A stretch of DNA of 64,000 bases, taken from the NCBI GenBank assembly GCA_965202585.1, contig OZ241826.1, positions 70,432,001 through 70,496,000 of the forward strand. Reading direction: 5' to 3'. Made by a program: the position numbers and the translations under genes. This document shows, piece by piece, positions 51,901 through 64,000 of this stretch. The notes beneath the pieces were generated by a model. The model was not told the origin of the DNA. It searched no databases and worked only from the letters and a program-made list of their open reading frames with translations. Numbering within the stretch: the first letter of the stretch is position 1; the number at the start of each line of letters is the position of its first letter. This DNA comes from Thalia democratica (Eukaryota).

Positions 51901-54900
51901 TGGATTGGAGGAGCAACGCTATTTGTCGTTAGTTTTTGTAAAGTAGCTACTTGCGTGATTTTTAATCTACTTCCGTCTGCGTTTGCGGACGCCAAGCAAA
52001 GGTGTGAACTTGTCAGAGGGCTGAGAACAACAAAGAATTTAAATATAAAGCGCCTGCAGCCAAAGTTGCCATGGCTTCCGTTTTAAAGTTAATTTACATT
52101 ATCAAGTCTTGATTAAAGTACAGATAATTTCCCGCAAAATGGTACAAAGCTTTTCCTACTCGGCTAATGACACAACTTCTGATTTTTAAACCAAATCTAC
52201 TACGTCTTTGTTTATTTTTTCAATGACGTAATCTTTCGAAAGTTTCTATTTGAATGAGAGTATTATAACTGACGGTATCGATAGGAAGAAGCAAGTGATT
52301 GTAATAACTTTTCGAAAAACTAAGTTTATAAGTAAAAGGTTTAACAAAAAAAATATTAAAAAAATTTAATACTATTACAACTTTTAGCGTACACATGCAG
52401 CGGCGGACGCGTTTACATGGAATGCGGACCGAAATGCACCCAGTACTGTGCCAGCGAGGTGCCGGGCAGGAAAATCTGCAACGCCAACAGCAGGTGCCTG
52501 CCGGGCTGCTACTGCCCGAAAGACTTGGTTTTTCACAAGGGAAAATGCATCAGCCACAAAGAGTGCCCTTGCAGCGAAGCCGGAGAAGAGTTTGAAAGAG
52601 TTAAGCTGTCAAACCTGAACTGCAGTCGCTGGTTAGTTGGCTGCGAATTAATTTTGTCATCACAGCGTCAGATAGTCTTTAAGTTACAAGCTGAAATCTA
52701 AAAAGCTGGATTAGGCTCGAGATTGAAATTTTCAGATTAACTTGTGCTTTTTCAAGGCAGAATTCGTCAGCGTAATTTAATGATTTTTTATCTCACTTGT
52801 ATAATTACATCTTTACGTGACAGTGCTAAGATCTGATAAACAAAACGGAAACAGTGTTTTAGATTTTTAATACAACTAAGACAAATATCAAGAGCTTACC
52901 ACTTACTTCTACAAAAACAAGTTGAAGTTTAGTAATTATCAACACAGGATTTGCGTTAACGGAGGCTGGAGGTGCACTTTTGACAAGGAGCTGTGCGAAT
53001 ATCCTCCGACTGTCGTAGACGGTCCGCACACCAAGGTGAGCTGAAAAATATTATCAGTTTTTTTTCTTCTTCCGCACAACACACGCTCGACAGTGTTTCA
53101 ATTTGCAAGCGTTTACGATGAAAGTAATTTAATTTTGCAAATCACTGCCAGCGATCTGAGAATGTATCGCTACATTAAGTGTAATCGTTTTGTTTTGGTT
53201 GCAATTTCAAAGCGCGTTCAGAGAATTACATATTGGGTTGCGGAAATGTAAACTTTAATGTTTGATAGGAACATTATTAGGTGCAAGAATTCTTAATACA
53301 ATGATATCATTGTATATTGTATACTTTAACTTAGTTTAAATGTTTTGATAGTTTTTATATAAATGCAATTAATTTATACAACCAATCACAAAGTTCAAAG
53401 TCTTTAAAATAGATCATCAAAACAACAAACTTTATTTCTCACGAAATTTCCGTTGATCAGTTTAAATATGTAATTACTTAAAATGCCGACTTTTAAGTTG
53501 TATGAGCTTGTAGGCGGCGATTACAAGAGAGTAAAAAATTGCGATTAATCCCTATTTATCACTGTTCGAGCGTAAATATTCAGCCGAAGTTCAACTATTA
53601 AAGAAAAAATTAATTATTTTCACCGTTGCGAAAATACCGCAATGAATTTTCACCACAGCGTCATTGCTATTTAGTGTCGACTTTTTCTTGAATTAAACGA
53701 TTTTGAGCATTTAAAGTTGTTATTTTTTATCAATAGAAAATATTTTGAAATTTAAAATAAGCTAACAGGGTTTAAATAAATTTAAAAGTCAAACTCAATT
53801 TATTTTTTTGCAAAATTTTATAAAATCATTCCTTTTTCTATACTTACCGGAAGTTTAAAATGGTTTTACTTTGAAAAACGTGCTAACATTTTTTATAAAC
53901 TAAATAGTAGCATAATTATTTTTAACGAATTGCAACCAAAATACTAAACAAACATTTCTTAGCTTAATATTTTAAATGTACAGTACCTCTTTAAAAGTTT
54001 ACAATACAAACACAAATTATTTAATTTAAAAAAAAGTTACTTTAAAGGTGGTTCCCCTCGGTGAAGCGGTAGAGCTATGCTGTCAGGTCGTCGGGGTTCC
54101 ACGGCCACAAGTCGAGTGGTACCACAACGGGGAAAGGATCGGAACAAACGATAAAAGTGGGGAATACCCCTACAAGAGCGTGGTGGACGAGCGCGGTAGA
54201 GAGAAGGAGTGGAACTCCACGTTGAGAGTGACCAAGGTGGGGAGTGAGGACACGGGGAGCTATGTTTGCAACGCCACCAACCGGTTGGGTTCCTACTTGT
54301 CCGAGCCCGCCTACATTAAAATACTCGGTAAATTGACGTTTATCAAAGTTAAAAATTTGAACTTAGTTATATACTAAAAGTTTGCTATAATTTTTTTTTC
54401 ATTTTTTAACAATATTTGAAAAATCTTTGGAACTTTTTATAAAACTCAAAATTATGAGCAAATAAAACTAAAGTATTTTATTTCAAATACGTTTAAGAAC
54501 TGTTAATTTCTTTTGAGTAACTTTGTACTAGCAAGAACATCTAAATTAATACGTCATAAAACATCTAACAGATCATGTGACATCCACATGCGACCCAAAA
54601 CCATCACAAAATATGATTCGTTTACCGCAAAATTGTTACGTTTTCAACAGTAGCAACGAAAAAGAAACCAATGGTACATTTTATTAGAAAAATAAAATTT
54701 TTTGTTTCTTTTAAAACTTTAAGTGTACTGAGATTAAAAAAGGGCATGATAAAAGATTCGAGCTTCAAAACTAGTCCTTATTTAACTTAGTACTTGTTTA
54801 AACAGTCGAATACTTATGAACAGAATCATTGCATATTTTTTAACTGTTTTAAAAATATTTGTTTGTTTAAAATTAATTTTGAAATGAAAAATAGTTTCTC

Positions 54901-57900
54901 AAAATAAATCAAAAAAATCTTAAACTATTTTAAAATAAACATTTTTTTTTACTTTTTATTGAAATTAAACCTTTTCAGTAATTCCTAGAAACTTTTTTAT
55001 AAATATCGTATAAGGAACAATTTTAAAACTTTTTAGCAGTAAATAATACAGTAGATACGATTGTTTAATTTTTTTTACAACAGGTCTAAGAACTATAAAA
55101 TCATTAAAAAAGTTATATTAGTTAGCCTTGTTCACAATAAAAACTCAAAATAAGAAGCAAACTTTTATCGGAAGTAGTTTTAAGACATTGAATTTTTTTA
55201 AATAGCCAAGTTTTTATTTAAAAGGCGATAAATAAGTATAACTTTTTGTTTAGTTAGTTAAACTTAAGCAAGTTTAGCAACCAACTTTTGAGATCAATTT
55301 CAAACACAATAAACAAAAACATGTGTTTGAAAATTTTGCTAACAAAACTTCGAACAGAAAAGTCGAGCGTGGTGGACCTGGGCAAGTGCTGCGGCAGTCC
55401 GTGCCACCCGCACAACCAAGCGCGCCGAACCACCACGCGTCGCCATGACGACCGGCTGTTGTGCGACAAGTCCCGCTCCTGCTGCCAGCAGAGCGTGACG
55501 AGGCGGTTGAAGGTCACGTGCGAGCTGCCGCACGTCGCCGAAACGGTCGGGGTGTTCGAGCTGCTGCAGGTGCTCAAGTGCGGGTGCCTCGTGTGCGAGT
55601 CGGGACCGACCGTCGTCGAGGGGTCGATCACTTCCAATCAAAATGGTGAGGTTTTTGTAATTTGTGTGAAAATGTGTTTTTTTCAATAGTTGAAAGTATA
55701 ATAGTATCTAAGTGAGTTTTATTCATTTTCTTAAAGTCAATACTTTTTTAATAAGAAAGAAAACTTCCCTTTAATAAAATAAGTATTTAAAAGTACATGT
55801 CTAATAGAATCGTTCTTACAAATTAAAAAGTAAAAGGACGCCACCAAAAAAAAAATAGCACAACTTTTTGACCACATTTAATGAGAAAATAGTTCGAATT
55901 TACAAACAGTTCATATGGTAAGAACTTTCTTTTGATTAATCAAAAAGAGCTTTCAATTTCACATAAATATATTACAAGGTATTTTATTCCAATTTCTAGG
56001 GTCGCGCTGTCTACTTTATCAGTTTAATACGCATAAATTCATTTCGAAGTTCATACAATAAATTCCAGTGTAAACACGTTTCAAGCGTTTAGTGGAGTTT
56101 AAGCAAAGGACTTTTTATAGTAGCGATAGTAATCTGGTTAGCGGTTGGCACACAGACCACTTAATTGAACATTTATTTGTGTCGCTACAGTCGGGATGCG
56201 AATTAGGAAGGCTATAAATACACTCACTACTCTAAAGTTAAACTTTTGAAAATTATCTTGTTCTTTATAGAAAAGTATGTCAATTTTTGATTAACGGTCT
56301 TACATCAAATTATAACCAGTGTAACTGATACCCAGCGACGAAAAGACTTTAAGTGCTCATACCACGATGGTATCCTGTTACACTTATCAGAAACTTAATC
56401 TGCAACAATAAACTTTTTATTTGTTTGTGTCTAACCTTTCGCTTTATGCGAAGGCTATTCTTCATTTTTACAATAAGCCGATCGTTAGAGCTTGTGAAAT
56501 TTTAAGCCATTAGCAGAGTTTTAAAAAGCGGTTGCGAATAATTCAATCCGCACCATTAATTTTTGATACATTGTCTAATAAACTTTGCTGTTAGTTTTAA
56601 TTTTTTTCATAATTTCTGCTTATTCACACGAACAGTGAGAATTTTTTTCAGTGCAATTGTCGTTTAAATCTTCAGAACGTGCTCAGCCCATTTTCTTCTA
56701 ATCTTCACGTATGCGGGCAATTACGGCGTTTTGCCGTTTGTATTTTGATATGAAAACCAGGGCAGGTGGCAAACTTATTCATGTCTAGTAATAAGAGATT
56801 AACCTACTCCCTTTAAATCCTGAGTCGTTAAGATTTGACGACATTCATAAATATTTCCGCTTTAGTATTCCATTAAGTTGTTTGCTCTTTTGCTGTGTTT
56901 TTGAATTCCAAAGTCTTTTTATAGAAAGCTTCTCTTTAAAACAAAGTTGTTGTAACTGTAGTACTACTAAACTTTAATATTTTGAAAAAGGCGGTAAAAT
57001 AACTTTTGTAGAAAAACTTTAATGCATAATTTCTGCACATATTTCTACCTTAAAAAGTTGTTTTATATCAAAACTATAAACATTTTAAAACAAAGTTTTA
57101 AAACAAAAAACGTTTTAAAAAACTTTTCTTTAATTTTAGTAGTTTTTTATATTTTTTATTTAATGCCATACATTAAGATATAAATAAAGCTAAATATTTT
57201 ACTTTAATGGTACAACATCTTTAGATAGGGTTATTTTAAACGTTCGGAATTTAAAATGTACGGTACTAAAAACTAAGTACAAATACGACTTTTTACAAAT
57301 CAAAACAAGTTTAAAACCAAGGGTTGACTTGTAAAACTTTTTATAGCGCATTAGTCATGGTCTCAAGTCAAAACATCTCTGCAACGTTAAAATGTGTAAG
57401 TAATGCGTTTATAACTTATCGCGAAGCATGCTTGAAATGGCTAAATCGAAAACAAAAGCGGCAAAAATAACCTCAAAAAGGCCATAATAGCTCATCAAAA
57501 TTAGCTTAAGCAAGCGTTTGGATGCTGTCACTTGGTATTTTAGCACCATTGACGACAGCAGATAGATAATAATTGCACTTGTACGGGTTAACTGTGATAT
57601 GTTTAACTAATGGACGCCTCTTAAAGTTAAATTTGTTGGGTTATACAAAAATATTTTTTTCTTTTTAGTTTGTAATAGCTCAAGAAATGTGGTTGAAACT
57701 TATACGCGCTAATTTACAATTTCTGTTCTGTTCTAGTCAAATAAACTATTTGTTTGCAAACAGAGTAAACGTTAATTTTTTTTTTCTTTAGGGGAAGCCA
57801 TTAAGCAAGCCAAGCTGACCTACCGGGGCCGCACCATCGGCTACACCACCGGCACCGGGTCGTTCCGCATCAAAATTGACCATCTTCCCCCGGACACCAG

Positions 57901-60900
57901 CTGGATCAGCCTGAAGGTCGCCGACGTCATATACAAGAAGTTCACGACCACCGTGGCGAAAGTGGCCGTGGTTCCGGGTAAGTCGACCCTGCAGATGATT
58001 TACATGGACCCGGCAAGGATCACGGTCACCTTTTCCGCGTCGAAAGGGCTCAATTATATATTCAAGTTAGATTTTTATTAACTAAATTAAAGTTATGAGA
58101 TTTTAGAAGACGTTGGGAGATATTAAAAAATAAAACTAAAGATTGCCAAATTGAAGTATTATAACATCATAACAGAAATTATTTAAAAAACAGTTTATTT
58201 TAAAAGTATTAAGTATCAATTTGAAAAAATTGTTACTCGTTAACTGTTTCAAACTTAAATTAATGGTTTTTAACAAAAACAAAGCAAAAGTTTTTGGTTT
58301 AAATTTGTTAAACTTTTGTTTAAATACTATGCAAATTCTGTTGGGTTTTAGAAAGCAATAACCATGAGAAAAATACTTTTAAACATGTAAGGCGGTAAAA
58401 ATGCGTGATATTGAAAATACAAACTACGAAACCACATTTCTTTTGGTAGCTTGTTTCTCAGTGATTTCACCATGTACTTGTTGTTACTGCTTTCACTGTC
58501 TGACATGATTTACCTTCATAATAAAACAAAAAGAAAGCAATCAAAAAGCATGTTGTGAGCAGCGGTTTTCAATTAAGTACGGTGTTAAAAATCAAACAAC
58601 TTCCGTTTTTATCGACCATTACAGGTTTACTATTACAGTGTAAACATCACCACATGACAATTTTAGCAATACAAAAAGCAAATTCTTTTAGGCGAGTTTG
58701 AATTATTAAAGGTTTTTTTTAAACAATAAAATCTAATAAATTAACGAAACTAAAACAGACACTAAATAAGTATATATTTAGTAGAGTGGTTAGCAATTGA
58801 AGAGGATAAAAATAAAAACTACTCAAGTAATAAAAATCAGCAAGTTTAGTTTTATAAAAATAAACTTTTTTATAAATTATTTACGTTAGCTCATATTGCG
58901 AAACCTACGAGTATCACGTTTACCTTTTATAAACAATCATAAATTTTCATAAATGTCATAAAAATAATCTTTTAATTCGACACCAACTCCCGCCAGGCCT
59001 TCTCACGGCTATTCTCACCGAATTCGCCTCACAGTCAACCCGAACTCACTCATGCGCGACCGATCCAAGTCGGCGTACCGCGGAACGGTCACTGCCATTA
59101 TGACGTTGCTCGACAAGAGAAACGTCACCAGGAACTCAAGCAGCGAGTACAGCAGACCGATGCATTTGTCCCCGACACCCATGGCAATAAACGTGAATGG
59201 GGAAGAAAGTTTGCTGAACCCTTCAAGTAAGTTTTTGAATCAACAGTTAATATATATTTTCACATTTTTTTAACAATAACAAGATATATTAAACTGCTGA
59301 TTTCGTTTAAATTTTTTGTTTACGGTTATTTGAGCTGTCATTTTGGTAGTAATATTAAGTTTAGTTCAAAATAATTAAAAAATCTAAAACACACTTTTTA
59401 AGTGTTAAGATATCATAAATCAAAAAAAATTGTTACTTATAATCAAAGAAAATTTCTGGTTACCACTTTAATAAAATATCAAAGAGAAAAAATATTATTA
59501 TTGCTTAGCAGATGTCATATCTTTGACAGATATTTGTTTATCTCGAATATCAAATTTCTTGTTTAAACCTTCTATTTTAATCCTTTAATAAAAATATAAT
59601 ATAGACATAATAAATCAGACTGCATTACTCGTGATGGATAATTTTTTATTTTAACGTTTCTCTATTATCTTGACTCTTATACTTTTACCTTTTAAGCTTA
59701 AAAAAAAAGGTTGTTTGCTGCGAAAAAAAGCTACATTAAACTTACAATTAAAAACAAGTTCTACTATCACCTTAATTTTCAATTAAAGTATTTAGTATTA
59801 CTGTTTGAACTTTTAGAGATGGAATAGGTTACAAAATATATAACTAATTCTGATCCTAAAACAGTTTTAATTAAAATCTAATTTATTAATATATATGTAT
59901 GAAAAAACTTAACACAAAATGAGCATACTTTTCTAATAATTCAACCGAGCTCTATTACTATCGTCAAAAACATTATAAAACATATAAACTTACATTTTGC
60001 ATTTAAGCTAATAAATAAACATACTGGTATACACTAACCAACTTTCTTACAAACACAGTCGTAATCTACGCAACATTTTTCACAAATCAAAGAAAATTGC
60101 TCGACCTGATACCCAACAACACGGCTGTGTTGAGCTTGAGCGCAGGTGGAATCCAATCAGACGTGAAACTGTGGTCTCTTGAGGAGTTCACCGGTAAGTG
60201 GAGGGAAAGCAAGAAACTCCTACAAGTCGTACCGAGAGTCACAAAGAGAGGAAAAAATGTGAGTTTTTTTGTGATTCATTTAAGTGTTTGTTAAGTTTTT
60301 TGAAAAATTAGTTTATAAAAAAAATAAAAATTACATATTTTGATTAAACAAATTAAAAGTTAAAGGTTTCGTTTTAAATAATGCAGTAAATTGTTTCAAG
60401 ACAAAAATCAATCTTTTTTTAATCTTTACTAAAATTAATGTAAATAAAACATAGCAAAAACTTTAAGAAAATAAAGTTCTCAACAAGTCATAAACATCTT
60501 TAGCTTACAATATAAATATGTATGTACAAATTTCGTTTCAACAACTCAAAAATAAGTGTTACTGTCAGCTATATTTCGTAATTTTTATTTCCCAGATGCT
60601 AATTGTCACTGCAAAAATAACGAGGTTCAACGTGGGCATCGCCTTGGCAACGAGCAAAACTCCCTGCTACTTGCGAGTCAAGGTGCTCAACAACCGCAAC
60701 GAGATAATTCCCAAGGTCATGGTGACGTACAAAACGGGGGTGGCCAACTCGACCTCCCTCGCCGGGTTCCAGTCGCACACCGACCACGTCACCACCTCTC
60801 ACACCCCCATCAACGGAATGTGCATTCCCACCGGTTGCCACGAGAACGGCGTGATTTCCGCCTACCACCCGGGCGAGGACTTGAGACTCCTGAAACCCGA

Positions 60901-61684
60901 AGTTCCGCCCGAAGGCATGGGCCAGGTTGTTGAGGATTGGATAAGCACGTTCAACCTGAAAAGCTCAGAGAATTCCTCGGTGTCTTCGTACTTCCGAACC
61001 AAGCAGGAGTGCGATGAGACGAAGGCGGGGCTGATGACGTATACCTTCCGTGACGTCGTCGGCGATCAGCTGCAAGCCGTGCCGCTGATGGCAGAGATGG
61101 GCAGCTGGAACGTGAACGTGCAGAACCACGTTATAAGAACGATCGCCTCGGCCTCCCCGTCCACGGCCGACTTTGTAAAATTCTGCCACTTCAAGCTAAA
61201 ACTGAAGCTGAAACCGACCTTCTTTCGACGCAACAACGTGACGCAGCCGCTGGCCGCGCTCGAGTCGGTCACCTTCACGGACAACGACACCTTTGAAGGC
61301 GACCAGAGCAACCAGCAGATGAGCATTCTCGGGTGGCGGCACATCACCATTGACTCGCCGCGCCGTGATGACGTCATCACAGGCGACGGTTCCGTCATCC
61401 GGCTGCTCTGCGTCGACTACAAGTGCAGCAACAGCCGGGTGTACGAGCGAAAGCGGCCGTCCGTTTACGTCAAGGTGATCCACCTCCAGGACTCCAGGGA
61501 CGAACCGGATTGCGAGTTCACGCCCAGCAGTCCCGACGGGTACGGGGGAATACCCGGTCGCAAGAACGGTGGCTACATCAAGTTCAAGTCTTCGATGTAC
61601 GACGGCAGGTCGCTGCTGGAGTCGAAGCAAGCGTGCGCAGCCTCCGGAAGCAAGAACTATTCTGCCACCTTCGTTTGCAAGTAG
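39542..61684 (+). CDS. CILP-like: Large secreted mosaic ECM protein, 1993 aa: SP - basic region - TSPN/LamG - TIL - Ig x3 - TSP1 - VWD - C8 - TIL - Ig - CILP-like C-terminal half
   Basis: 25 GT-AG exons with compatible phases: 39542-39662, 40329-40923, 41080-41298, 42598-42793, 42872-42950, 43116-43350, 44235-44404, 44613-44793, 45011-45155, 45211-45384, 47724-47925, 48776-48934, 49500-49615, 50615-50800, 50988-51217, 51402-51585, 51831-51927, 52388-52631, 52948-53035, 54048-54327, 55358-55645, 57792-58065, 58997-59226, 60059-60258, 60596-61684. They sum to 5982 nt = 1993 aa plus TAG. Confidence 0.88.
43116..47925 (+). CDS. Exons 6-11: TIL plus short Cys module and three I-set Ig domains
   Basis: CPHGKVFMGCGPSCVVTCASL...CVQGCHCPFG; LTLSCKVIGRPLPTVRW...GNYTC; IDCHLTGLPPPRVSW...AGEYWC; AVFPCKVIG...VTWLKDG...NAGIYTC. 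Confidence 0.88.
48554..48562 (-). promoter_or_regulatory. Perfect GLI consensus site in intron 11
   Basis: TGGGTGGTC = GACCACCCA on the minus strand, inside a small GC island (48518-48605). Confidence 0.45.
48776..53035 (+). CDS. Exons 12-19: TSP1 repeat, then a VWD-C8-TIL assembly
   Basis: [98 protein letters not shown]...DWRSNAICP; YMECGPKC...CLPGCYCP. Confidence 0.92.
54048..61684 (+). CDS. Exons 20-25: Ig domain and CILP-type C-terminal region
   Basis: Ig (ELCCQVVGVPRPQVEWYHNG...DTGSYVCNATNRLG); DLGKC..CC...C..KCGCLVC...VEGSIT..NGEAI; GTVTAIMTLLDKRN; VKLWSLEEFTGKWRE; CYLRVKV; NGMCIPTGC; LCVDYKCS; ATFVCK*. These motifs are collinear with cartilage intermediate layer proteins as I recall them. 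Confidence 0.85.
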
Positions 61685-61934
61685 TTTGTCATGTTTATAT
61701 GCTGAAACCTGCTGGATCGGGCTTTTTTTGAGGATTTTTTTCGTGATGCGTTTTAATTTTTGTTGTTTTGAGTAATATGTTTTTGAAGGCGGATAAACAC
61801 TAAATCATGTTAGATTTTATTGTTGTGACAACTTTGAACTATTTTTAATTTAAAAAAGATTATAAGTACTATGTTTTAAATTTGTATCTTAAAATACTAC
61901 TTTTATTATTTTATACTTAAACAACTTCAAACTT

Positions 61935-61940
61935 AATAAA
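61935..61940 (+). terminator. Likely polyadenylation signal of the CILP-like gene
   Basis: First AATAAA after the stop at 61684, followed by T-rich tracts. Confidence 0.4.
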
Positions 61941-64000
61941 TAAATACAAATTATATAAATCACCTTTCTCTAAGTTTTTTAGTTGCTTCTTTATGTTTTT
62001 TACTTGTGTTTAAAAAAAAAATATTTATAACAATAAAAAATTCGATTTGAAAAACCTACATAGCTTTTAGTTTTTAATTTTATATTATTGTTAAATATAG
62101 TATTAACTTTTAATCAGCATAAAAAAAAGCTACAAAATTTTCGAAATTAATTTGTTTTTAATTACAAATCATGACATACTCAAAAAGTTTCTTACATCCT
62201 ATATATTTATTGCTATGAATGAACTTTTTTATCGAACCACAGCACCTTGTATGTAATATTTATTGCCTCTTATGATTTAGAACCTACTTCTAACTTCTTT
62301 TATTTTAAGCTAAAAGGCCATAGCTATTTTTATAAAACACTCTAGTTACACTTCTTTTATTAACCTTACATACACATAATTACAAACACAAACACTCATA
62401 GTTTTAATATTCAAAGAGTTTGTTGTACTCGTTTTGATATTGCTACACATACTACCTAGCTAATACTGCCTCCGTTTTCTTACCAGCATACATTCCAGCT
62501 AGTTGTGTTGAACTCTTGCTTGATTAAACTTGACAAGTAGTGTATTAAAGTTTTCGTGTGTGTTTTTTTTTAATTTTTTCGCAGTATTGTACTTTTGTAT
62601 TCAATAAAATTTAAAAACTGGTTAATGTTTAAAAAAATTATTGCTATTTTAATAAAGTAGATAAAACTTTATAAACGACTTTTAAAATTAAAGCTAAATA
62701 AGTATATATACATTTATATGTTATACTTATATGCTTAGATTTGTGAAAAATATAATATTGAAGTTAACTTTATAAAAAGTATTTTTCTTTACACAACTTT
62801 CTACTATCGACGTTCTTAAAAACTTTATTTTAGAAATTTAACATCTATTTTAGTTTAAGTATTTTTTATAAGGTAGCACTTACAGTATTGTATAAAAAGT
62901 TTAAAGAAACTATTTGAAATCATTATGGCGGCTACGGTTTTATATGACCACTAATTAAAAAGGTTTAATTATGTAACTTCCATTCTAAAAACATAGTTTG
63001 CATAGTTTAGAATTTTTTATATAACTTTATTTGCTTTCGCTATAAAACTTTTGACTGTTGGAATTTAAAAAACTTTGTTATAAATCTAAACAATTTTTTA
63101 TCTTGCTTTTGTCAAATACTTTACTTCAAGCATCTGAAGCTTTTGGAAACTTAAATTTTAAACATAATCTAGAGTCATTTTTAGTTAATTTGGTCCTAAA
63201 ACATATTAATAGATTTATATACGAATTATTTTTTGTACTCTCAGTTGTTTAGGTTATTTATTATAATATAATAATTGTATATTTAATTTATTTACATTTT
63301 TTTATTTTCAAAACTTAAAAGTATACTGTGTTAATTATCTACATAGGATTGTTCAAATATGTTCGAAAATACATTAAAAAAGTTAGAAATGTGTTCTATA
63401 TAATGAAACATTTTCAGCTAGAAAAGTTTAGCTTTAAGTTAGAAATTCACCATTAAAACTAAACATGTTAAAGTTATTAGTAAATGAAAACTAACAATAA
63501 TGAGTTATTTCATTTCTAACAAAAACAGTTGTAAATGGCCTTTATCTTATATAACTAAAATAACATTTTACTAAATAATAGTATATATCAAAAATTGGTA
63601 AAAGTTTAAATTATTCAGAAATTTTATATTTTAATATAAAAAACAACAGTATTGACACAAAAACTAATCTAATGAGCCAGGATTTTATTTTCTAATTGTT
63701 ATGTTCAAGTTCAATTTGAAAAATATAAAGTAAGTCTTAAACCTATTAAACAATTTAACAAATAACTATATTCATATTATTAAAATAGTATGAGAAAAAT
63801 TTGTGATATTTTTTATTTATCTTTTGTAAAACTCTGAAACTTTGAAAACAATTATCTTTTTATTTTAAAACAAACTGTTTTTCCTGTTTTAAAAATAAAA
63901 AAGTCTGCAGAAATTTAAACTTGTTAAATTTTAAAACTAAATATTTTTTTCCTATGTAGGCAAACTTACGGATAAAAATGTTTAAAAACAATATTTACAA

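Noticed and set aside
53840-53852. atacttacc, U1 snRNA 5' end-like
   Set aside because: The match stops after 9 nt, with no U1 stems or Sm site.
55254-55686. Two minus-strand ORFs over exon 21
   Set aside because: Antisense shadows of a GC-rich exon.
60599-61630. Several minus-strand ORFs (60599-60868, 60965-61189, 61066-61398, 61196-61630)
   Set aside because: Shadow frames of the GC-rich terminal exon.
1-64000. Variant genetic code (TAA reassignment), tRNA/rRNA genes, CRISPR-like arrays
   Set aside because: TGA, TAA and TAG each terminate an intact-looking gene here, and the long genes contain no internal stops. No cloverleaf, rRNA or repeat-spacer structure was seen.

Overview
Eukaryotic (metazoan) genomic DNA. 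Non-coding sequence is very AT-rich and exons are conspicuously GC-rich, so exons and constrained islands stand out by eye. The species cannot be determined; a compact-genome invertebrate such as a tunicate is only a guess. From left to right: (1) the last three exons of a polypeptide GalNAc-transferase (ricin lectin domain), with an extra ricin-like coding island in an intron; (2) an intronless stand-alone PARP/ART catalytic-domain gene on the minus strand, broken by two in-frame TAA codons; (3) about 20 kb of AT-rich DNA with hAT-type and other MITEs, a perfect 28-bp hairpin and a decayed ORF; (4) a single-exon, Cys-rich type I membrane protein I cannot assign to a family; (5) a series of GC-elevated non-coding islands; (6) a 25-exon gene that I assembled by hand with consistent splice phases (5982 nt, 1993 aa). 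It encodes a secreted mosaic: signal peptide, basic propeptide, TSPN/LamG, TIL, 3xIg, TSP1, VWD-C8-TIL, Ig, and a CILP-type C-terminal half. No rRNA, tRNA or CRISPR array is supported. All domain calls come from motif recognition, not database searches.
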